A DNA stretch of 64,000 nucleotides, from contig CAZVIA010000001.1 of the NCBI GenBank assembly GCA_964627525.1, forward strand, positions 8,007 through 72,006, written 5' to 3'. Shown here in pieces: positions 50,356-57,487 of the stretch. Position 1 is the first letter of the stretch. Every line of letters begins with the position of its first letter. Made by a program: the position numbers and the translations under genes. The DNA is from an uncultured Gammaproteobacteria bacterium. GTDB lineage: Bacteria; Patescibacteriota; Patescibacteriia; Magasanikbacterales; JBBTQS01. The notes under the pieces were generated by a model. That model did not search any database, was not told the origin of the DNA, and saw nothing but the letters and a program-made list of their open reading frames with translations.

Positions 50356-51774
50356 ATGTCGAGCCTTACCGCAGTAGTCGTGACCGAGCAGACCGACGAC
50401 ACCACCACCACGACCGAGGTGGAGGCCACCGTGGCCACCACCGACGTCGAGGTGATGCAGAACGACCAGGGGCTCGAGGCGCAAGACGCGTCCGAGCCGA
50501 CCTTCGGCCAGAAGGTCGAAGGGCTCTGCGCGCAGATCGACCCCGAGCTGGAGTGCTCGGGAGAGGGTTGCGAGCGTAGCCGTCGAGACGGCTACGTAGG
50601 AACGTTCCTGTTCCCGCCGGTCGCCCGCATGGGTGACATCCTCAGTCAACTGGCTGAGGAGGATGGTGGGGGGCGCCAGCGCGTGGAGGTCGGAGTGACC
50701 GACATCAGCGAGTTCGCACGGTGTCGTTCCTGCGCCACGCAGGAGCACAACCAGGAACTCGACCGCATCGTCGGAGGCATCCTCTCGCGTCAGGCCAAAA
50801 AGGCTCGTTCGGAAGAGCTCAGGGTGGCACTCAAGGACGAACTCGGGTTCGTCGAGTGCACGCACGAGGATTGCGGCTGCCTGATCTACGTCGAGGAGCC
50901 CTCGCGGAACGTTTTGGTGGCCACTTTCGGCAACCAGATCCCGCGGCGGTTGTACCCGGCGTTCGTGCCGAGTCTCGCCTCTCTCCGTGAGGAGTTGGAG
51001 CGCGACGCGACGGTCGAGGATCTCGTTTCCCGCGCACGATGCGCAGGTCACGCGGACACCTTGGCAAAGGGGTCGAGCAAGTGGCACAAGGCCAGCTCGA
51101 CCTTGGGGTTGATGCGTCAGGAGCTCGCGGATCGCGAGTGGCGCAACAACATCAACGGTTTGCTGCGCGGTGCCGGGGCGGAGCTGTGCTCGTGTTGTGG
51201 CGACCGGGCAGTCTTCCCCCACCAGGACGAGATGGTCAGTCACGAGCAGGCCGTTCGGATCTTCGGTTGTGAGGGCGACGTGCCCCAGCAGTCGGACCTC
51301 GTCGGGTACTGTTTGCCCGTCGAGTGGTTCGAACGACAGGGTGTGGTGATCCTGTCCGAGCGCGACCTCTTCTCGCACATGATGTGCAAGAAGTGCGCTA
51401 TCCAGTCCGGTAAGGAATACCGGTCCGGGCTCGAGCAGCGCGAGGCTGAGGGTGACTGGGAGAACGTGAAGGCCAGGGACATCAACGGTCCAATGTTCTT
51501 CAAGTTCACGGCAACGTGGAACCGGCTGGAGCGCGAGTTGCGCGGCAGCCGGGGAAGCGACCAGGGCTCGAGTTCGGGCTTGACTCGCGAGCAGCGTCAC
51601 CAGACCGGCGGTGCCTTCGGTAACGCGGCGAACATGGGTTCGTCGAGCTACCGCAAGGACAAGTCCGAGAAGCGGAGTGCGGACAAGGAGTTCCGTGACC
51701 TGCAGAAGGGCGACGAGACTGGCCGTACGGGTCGGTCGAAGGAGCAGAAGAATGGGGGTAAGAAGGACAAGTAG
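50356..51774 (+). CDS. GC-rich orphan protein with three repeated Cys/His Zn-binding modules and a charged, basic C-tail
   Basis: Over 60% GC with high GC3; SD-like AAGGGG before ATG 50356; D-[ILV]-x3-[AM]-x-C-x2-[CH] motif three times. Confidence 0.8.
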   Translation: MSSLTAVVVTEQTDDTTTTTEVEATVATTDVEVMQNDQGLEAQDASEPTFGQKVEGLCAQIDPELECSGEGCERSRRDGYVGTFLFPPVARMGDILSQLAEEDGGGRQRVEVGVTDISEFARCRSCATQEHNQELDRIVGGILSRQAKKARSEELRVALKDELGFVECTHEDCGCLIYVEEPSRNVLVATFGNQIPRRLYPAFVPSLASLREELERDATVEDLVSRARCAGHADTLAKGSSKWHKASSTLGLMRQELADREWRNNINGLLRGAGAELCSCCGDRAVFPHQDEMVSHEQAVRIFGCEGDVPQQSDLVGYCLPVEWFERQGVVILSERDLFSHMMCKKCAIQSGKEYRSGLEQREAEGDWENVKARDINGPMFFKFTATWNRLERELRGSRGSDQGSSSGLTREQRHQTGGAFGNAANMGSSSYRKDKSEKRSADKEFRDLQKGDETGRTGRSKEQKNGGKKDK

Positions 51775-51779
51775 TCCTT

Positions 51780-52510
51780 CTCTTGCCTAGCACGAAGCTA
51801 GGTATCCGCGCTCTCTGCTCATAATCCCACACGCTCAAGGTTTGAACACCTAGTGTGGTCCACATCCAGTTCTTGGATGTGAAGGTGAAGTGATATGTTA
51901 CATACCCCAAATATTACATATCATTTCACAGCAGATCTGTTCTAGGTCTGCGACAACGTGGATGGGGTGTACGATTAACGCGTATACCCCTGTCCCATTC
52001 TGTAGTGTATTAGGGAATTGGAGGAAAAAACACTCCAAAAGTTTGCCCAAGGGATACACTGTAGATAGGACAAGGTCCAGATTCTTGCGCTAACGACGAA
52101 AACGCGCCTGAACAAGAGGCCACTAGCACATACAAAATAAGGGAGGGAGATTACAGTCGTGCTTGCACGATTACTCAAACCGGATTAGGTATGTTGCTGA
52201 CAGTAGCATCCTCATCCCGATCTAGGGAAAGAGGAAGCATGTCACACACGAAAGCGCCGGCGGACTCTTCCGTCGTCAATAGACCGTTCAAAGTCCTACG
52301 GGGCCGCGACGGAACACAAGGTAAATACCTAGGGGAGACGAGAGTTTGAACTTTGAAGAACCCTGACTATAACGTTTAGTCAGTTAGTAGCCAATGCAGA
52401 GAACCATCCTCCCAAACCCCCAGCAAGGCAAGTGCACTTTATATCCCCCAACTCTCTCCTTGTCTTGCTAGGGGTGTACAGAACCCGTTATTAATTTAGC
52501 GGGTTTTGTG
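51780..52510 (+). ncRNA. Putative large (~730 nt) structured RNA
   Basis: No credible ORF; more than a dozen hairpins, a long-range closing stem, and a terminal hairpin with T-rich tail. Confidence 0.55.
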
Positions 52511-52618
52511 TTTTTAAAAAATCCCACGAAATTATATATAAAAGTTATTACTTGCCAAAATACAAAGCATTATATATACTTTTCGTGTAATTGTTAATAA
52601 CCTTTAAGCCAAAAATTT

Positions 52619-52903
52619 ATGGGCAAAGGACTTACAAAGACACAGTTCATGGCTGAGCTGTCAGAAAAATGGGGTGTTTCTAAAAAAGAAGCAACTGAAA
52701 TGTTTGAAGCTTTTGTGGAGCTTGCATTTGACCGCGCTAAGTCAGACGGTGAAATAATGCTTCCAGGTATGGGTAAGCTTGTAAAAGCTCACCGCAAAGC
52801 TCGTATGGGTCGTAACCCTGCAACTGGTGAGGAAATTCATATTCCTGCAAAAACAGTTGCTAAGTTCCGTCTTGCAAAAGCAGCTAAAGAAGCAATTTTG
52901 TAA
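52619..52903 (+). CDS. HU family DNA-binding protein
   Basis: RKARMGRNPATGEEIHIPAK. Confidence 0.93.
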   Translation: MGKGLTKTQFMAELSEKWGVSKKEATEMFEAFVELAFDRAKSDGEIMLPGMGKLVKAHRKARMGRNPATGEEIHIPAKTVAKFRLAKAAKEAIL

Positions 52904-52920
52904 AACTGTTTCAAGAATTA

Positions 52921-52951
52921 AAAAACCGCCCGTAGTATTGGGTGGTTTTTT
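52921..52951. terminator. Bidirectional terminator between the convergent HU genes
   Basis: aaaaaccgccc-gtagtatt-gggtggtttttt. Confidence 0.7.
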
Positions 52952-52995
52952 AATTTAGTATAAATTTTTATTTTTAGTTTTAGTTTTTAAAATTT

Positions 52996-53397
52996 TTACA
53001 TCAAAGTTTCGCCAGATGGCTCAGGTTCAGTTTTTTCTGTATCTGGTTCAGGTGTTGGAGTTGAAGCAGGGGGTGGTGTTGTAGAGGTGGTAGGAGTAGT
53101 AGATCCAGAACCAGCTTGAGAATTTTTTAAAGCATCTTTTAAATTTTTTCCAGTTTTAAACTTAGCAACTTTAGTTGGTTTGATTTCAATTTTTTGTGAA
53201 GTGTTTTGTGGATTAACTCCAACACGACCTTTTCGCACGCGAGCGGAAAAAGTTCCAAAACCAGCAAGTACAACATCAGCATCTTTTTTAAGTTGCTCTG
53301 TTGTGATTTCTACAAAAGCCTCAACCATGTCTTCGGCTTCTTTTTTGTTTACGCCAACGCGCGCAGCAATTGCTTCTGCTAATTGTGTTTTGTTCAT
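52996..53397 (-). CDS. HU family DNA-binding protein with Pro/Thr-rich C-tail
   Basis: MNKTQL, GFGTF, RKGRVGVNPQ, FKTGKNLKDA. Confidence 0.92.
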   Translation of the reverse strand: MNKTQLAEAIAARVGVNKKEAEDMVEAFVEITTEQLKKDADVVLAGFGTFSARVRKGRVGVNPQNTSQKIEIKPTKVAKFKTGKNLKDALKNSQAGSGSTTPTTSTTPPPASTPTPEPDTEKTEPEPSGETLM

Positions 53398-53656
53398 AAT
53401 TTTCTTTTATTAATAAAAAATTATTGTGCCCAGATTATATCATAAAACAGTAAATTTAGCAGATGGCAGTCTATATCTTGCCAAAATTCACCATATGTGT
53501 TATAGTCCCAGTACTAATTTTTAATATAAACTCCTGAAGTAGAAGATATAGTTGGATCTGATTGAATATGCTAAAAAACATTCTAAATTTTGGAAAAAAT
53601 TCAGCTCTAACCGCTTTGTAAAAAGCGTAGTTTTCTATTTTAGGGTTACCTAAAAT

Positions 53657-55180
53657 ATGAACCCAATTATTATTTTATCTATTATAGCAGCTGCCGCAGT
53701 TGGAGCTGTTATTGGATATTTGTTAAGAAAACAAATTGCAGCTGCAAATGCAAATTCTGTTGAAGCAATAGCAGATAAATTGCTTACTCAAGCAAAAACA
53801 AAACAGCAACAGATTTTGATTGATGGAAAAGACAAAGCAATGAAGCTTTTGGATGAAACTAAGAAAGAAGATGAAGAACGTCGTCGTGAGTCGCGTAAAA
53901 CACAAGATCGTTTGGAAAAGCGTGAAAATATGTTTGATCAAAAACTTTTGGAATTTCAAGATCGCCAAGACAAGTTAAAAGATCAAATTGAGTTGGTAAA
54001 ATCAAAAGCAAAAGAAGTTGAAACAATTCGTGAACAAGAAATTCAAAAATTAGAAGGTATTTCTCGTTTGTCTCAAAAAGAAGCTAAAGAAGAGCTTTAT
54101 GTTTTGGTAGAAAAAAACTCAAAAGAAGATTTGCTTGCCCGTACAATGAAATTAGAACATGACACTTCTGAAGAAATGGATCGTCGTGCAAATAGAATTT
54201 TGAGCACAGTAATGGAGCGTTATGCTGCTTCGTGTGTTTCTGAAAATGCAACAACAGTTGTGGATATCCCAAATGAAGAAATGAAGGGAAGAATTATTGG
54301 TAAGGAAGGGCGTAACATTAGAACGATTGAGCGAATGACTGGTTGTGAATTAATTATTGATGAAACTCCGGGAGTTGTAACTATTTCAAGTTATTCTCCA
54401 ATTCGTCGTCAGGTGGCGCGTTTGTCTTTGGAAAAATTAGTAAAAGATGGGCGAATTCATCCAGCGCGTGTTGAGTCTTTTGTTGAAGAGTCTAAAAAAG
54501 AATTGGCTCTTGATATTAAAAAAGCTGGTGAAGAAGTTTTGTATGAGTTGGGGATTACTAGTGTTGATCCTAAATTAGTTTCTATTTTAGGTCGTTTGAA
54601 ATACCGTACAAGTTATGGACAAAACCAATTGAATCACGCAAAAGAAGTTGCATACATGTGTGCAATGTTGGCCAAGGAATTAGGAGCAGATGTTAAAGCT
54701 GCAAAAATTGCTGGTTTGTTTCATGATATTGGAAAGGCTGTGGATCATGAAACTCAAGGTGGTCACCCTGAGATAGGTTTTACAATAATGAAGAAGTTTA
54801 ATTATCCAGAAGAGATTGCATATTGTTGCATAGCTCATCATGAGGATAAACCAACTACTTTGTTAGGGTCTATTTCAAAAGTTGCTGATGCATTGTCTGG
54901 TGCGCGTCCAGGTGCTCGTCGTGATTCTCATGAACAATATATTCAACGTTTGGAAGATTTGGAAAATATTGCTTTGCGACACGAGGGTGTGGATAAAGCT
55001 TTTGCAATTCAAGCTGGTCGTGAGATTAGAGTGTTTATTGATCCAAAGAAATTGGATGATTATGGTTCTTACAACTTAGCAAAACAAATTGCAAATGAAA
55101 TTTCAGCAGAAATGCAATATCCTGGAGAAATTAGAGTTGTTGCAATTAGAGAAACTAGGGTGATTGAGTACGCAAAATAA
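53657..55180 (+). CDS. rny: Ribonuclease Y
   Basis: N-terminal TM segment, coiled coil, KH (GRIIGKEGRNIR), HD (HDIGK), AIQAGRE. Confidence 0.96.
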   Translation: MNPIIILSIIAAAAVGAVIGYLLRKQIAAANANSVEAIADKLLTQAKTKQQQILIDGKDKAMKLLDETKKEDEERRRESRKTQDRLEKRENMFDQKLLEFQDRQDKLKDQIELVKSKAKEVETIREQEIQKLEGISRLSQKEAKEELYVLVEKNSKEDLLARTMKLEHDTSEEMDRRANRILSTVMERYAASCVSENATTVVDIPNEEMKGRIIGKEGRNIRTIERMTGCELIIDETPGVVTISSYSPIRRQVARLSLEKLVKDGRIHPARVESFVEESKKELALDIKKAGEEVLYELGITSVDPKLVSILGRLKYRTSYGQNQLNHAKEVAYMCAMLAKELGADVKAAKIAGLFHDIGKAVDHETQGGHPEIGFTIMKKFNYPEEIAYCCIAHHEDKPTTLLGSISKVADALSGARPGARRDSHEQYIQRLEDLENIALRHEGVDKAFAIQAGREIRVFIDPKKLDDYGSYNLAKQIANEISAEMQYPGEIRVVAIRETRVIEYAK

Positions 55181-55200
55181 TTGTTAGGAAAGTTTAATAA

Positions 55201-55231
55201 AACAGCCGTCGTGTTTGGCGGTTGTTTTTTT
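55201..55231 (+). terminator. Intrinsic terminator of rny
   Basis: aacagccgtc-gtgtt-tggcggttgttttttt. Confidence 0.7.
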
Positions 55232-55399
55232 AATAAAAAATAATCCTACCGAGGTAAGGGTTCTTTACTTGACTAAGCGAAGCAACAAGCCCTAATGCTT
55301 GGCATTGGGGTGCGCCAGAGCAACCTAAACTTGACAAACTTCTTTAAATAAATTAAACTACCAAACGTTGCGCCGGCCTGAAAAAAGAGGAGGGTTTAC

Positions 55400-55711
55400 T
55401 TGGCACAGCAAACCTCAATAGTTCGTTGTCAGTGTTGTAACTACACTGGCCCTGGTTCCCATTTCCAAACACCACCGATCACCTCGATCGTTGGTAGTAG
55501 GAAGAGTGGTCTTTCCAGAGAAGATGTGCACAACAATGCGTTTTGCCGTCGGCATCTTGGTGAGATCGTGGGTGAACCAGTTGATTTCATGGCAGCTCTT
55601 CGCAAAGTGACTAGGGGATCACGTCGGGGAGTTCGCAGAGATCGTGTTTCTGATACAAGGGTGCGTCACGGTGGCAACCGTCGTCGTAGCCGAGGTGCTT
55701 TGCATCCGTAG
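55400..55711 (+). CDS. Small orphan protein with one Zn-binding module and an Arg-rich tail (paralogue of 50356-51774)
   Basis: Promoter TTGACA-17-TAAACT (55331-55359); SD GAGGAGG before TTG; CQCC...F..PP...EDVHNNAFCRRH. Confidence 0.7.
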   Translation: MAQQTSIVRCQCCNYTGPGSHFQTPPITSIVGSRKSGLSREDVHNNAFCRRHLGEIVGEPVDFMAALRKVTRGSRRGVRRDRVSDTRVRHGGNRRRSRGALHP

Positions 55712-55870
55712 GACATTGGTGGTGTGGTGGAGGATATGGTGGTTCTGAATTAGAACTGGATTCCCAACACCCTAACACCACAACCGAACAACAAGAAAGT
55801 GTTTTGGATAAGTCGAGCCTATATTATACTCGCAGCCCCAGAACGCTTTTTCTTTTTATTTGATTTTTGT

Positions 55871-55899
55871 GGGCGAAATTTGTAAAGCAAATTTCGCCC
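55871..55899. repeat. 29 bp hairpin repeat, copy 2
   Basis: gggcgaaatttgtaaagcaaatttcgccc. Confidence 0.75.
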
Positions 55900-55908
55900 A
55901 ATATAATA

Positions 55909-56619
55909 TTAGTTTACCTTTTTTACACCCTCTTTTACATCCTCAATTTTTTGAGCATCTTTTAATTTATATTTACCAATTCTTGTGCGTGTTAATTCTT
56001 CAGCATAAGCACCGCATCCTAATTCTTGTCCAATATCATGTACCAAAGTTCTTATATAAGTTCCAGTACCACAAATAACTTTTAAGCGCGCGCGGGTTTC
56101 ATCAAAATCCAGTAATTCTATTTTTTTAATAAAAATTTTTACTGGCTCGCGCGCGATTTCCTGACCTTTGCGTGCTAAATTATATAATTTTTGGCCTTTG
56201 ATTTTTTTAGCTGAAAACATTGGTGGAATTTGTTGGATTTTGCCGATGAATTTTGGCAAAATATTTTTAATGTCTTGAGAAGTTATTTTTGTTGAGGGTT
56301 TTGTTTTTTGGGAAGATTTAGAAGGTTCTGAATTTTCAGAAAATTGGGAAAATTTTGTTTTCAAAATTTTCCCATCAATATCCTGTGTATCACTCACAAA
56401 ACCAAATTTAGTCACAACCTCATATTCTTTTTCCATTGCTTTAAATTCATCTAATTTTCGCGTAAATTCTCGGCCAACACCAATAATAAGCAAACCTGTT
56501 GCAAAAGGATCTAAAGTGCCTGCATGGCCTATTTTCTTTTCACCTAGTAAATTGCGTAGTTTTGCAACAATATCGTGTGAAGTCCAATTTTTTGGCTTAT
56601 TTATCAGTAAAAAACCCAT
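55909..56619 (-). CDS. truB: tRNA pseudouridine(55) synthase
   Basis: KIGHAGTLDPFATG, QIPPMFSAKK, GTYIRTL. Confidence 0.95.
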   Translation of the reverse strand: MGFLLINKPKNWTSHDIVAKLRNLLGEKKIGHAGTLDPFATGLLIIGVGREFTRKLDEFKAMEKEYEVVTKFGFVSDTQDIDGKILKTKFSQFSENSEPSKSSQKTKPSTKITSQDIKNILPKFIGKIQQIPPMFSAKKIKGQKLYNLARKGQEIAREPVKIFIKKIELLDFDETRARLKVICGTGTYIRTLVHDIGQELGCGAYAEELTRTRIGKYKLKDAQKIEDVKEGVKKVN

Positions 56620-56757
56620 ATTTAGTGCACAATTAACCTATATTTAACAATATTTATTTTAATATAGCGTATTTTCCTTGACAATAAAAGCTGTATGTGC
56701 TATGTTTATATATCAACGATCACCACTATAGGGTCAGAAGACCCAAAGGAGTGCATC

Positions 56758-57258
56758 ATGGTGAGTCAGAGATTGATAAATAATCCTGGGGTTTGTATGG
56801 CAAGTCAGCTGTACTTTCTAGGGATTTGTCTAAAATCAGTGCTAATAGGCACTGTTAATGGCTCGCGTCATGCTGATGCCATGCGGATGCGGATGCAAAT
56901 TGCATTTGTTTACCAGCAGGCAGAAAAAGGCGGAGTCCTAACGAGAAAAATCAAGAATTTGTTGTTGAGAGTAGGTAATTTTCTTGGTGATTCTACATTG
57001 TGGGATAGAAAAGATTTGGTTCACGGACTTGCTGGTCAGTTGAATTTGGCTGCAAATCATTTTTTTCCCGAAGAGCTGGATGAACATCTGGAGCCCCTCT
57101 CAACAGAAATTGTTGTGGAGAGTGAGGTTGAGCCTGAGTTTCCTCGGCCACCGACTCCGATGTACAAGGAGGTAGAGCCTGCTAGGTCTGCATCTCCTCC
57201 AGCTAGTGCCCTTAATCTGATCAGAGAAACGATCGTTGGTGCAAGAGCAGTATCTTGA
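56758..57258 (+). CDS. Orphan hypothetical protein
   Basis: Promoter TTGACA-17-TATGTT (56678-56706), SD AAGGAG before ATG 56758, terminator at about 57330-57362. Confidence 0.65.
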   Translation: MVSQRLINNPGVCMASQLYFLGICLKSVLIGTVNGSRHADAMRMRMQIAFVYQQAEKGGVLTRKIKNLLLRVGNFLGDSTLWDRKDLVHGLAGQLNLAANHFFPEELDEHLEPLSTEIVVESEVEPEFPRPPTPMYKEVEPARSASPPASALNLIRETIVGARAVS

Positions 57259-57487
57259 TTTACAACTACAAAGAGAAACAAGCATCTTACAGTGAGTATT
57301 TGATAACGACACCGTTGATGCTTGAAAATAGTCCCACAGGACAACAATTCTGTGGGGCTTTTCTATTTTTTCCCAAAAAAATAGAAAAGCCCGATTAAAC
57401 CCTCTTTTTCCAAAAAATTTTCCCTCAAAAATCCAAAATTTATCTAAACCTTGCAAAAATTACGCATTTTGCTATAATCCCAGCACT

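Noticed and set aside
50338-51600. 420 aa antisense ORF and other overlapping ORFs in the GC-rich island
   Set aside because: Expected shadow of a high-GC3 gene. The promoter, SD and repeated motifs all support the + strand frame.
52089-52140. GCTAACGACGAAAAC reads ANDEN, like the tmRNA tag
   Set aside because: No nearby stop after an Ala-rich end and no tRNA-like acceptor or T-arm ends; treated as chance.
52225-52510. RNase P-like words (gaggaag, acagaacccg) in the large RNA
   Set aside because: The GAGGAAAGUCC and CGGCUUA P4 strands are missing, and acagaacccg is one arm of the terminal hairpin. Group I and group II intron cores were not recognised either.
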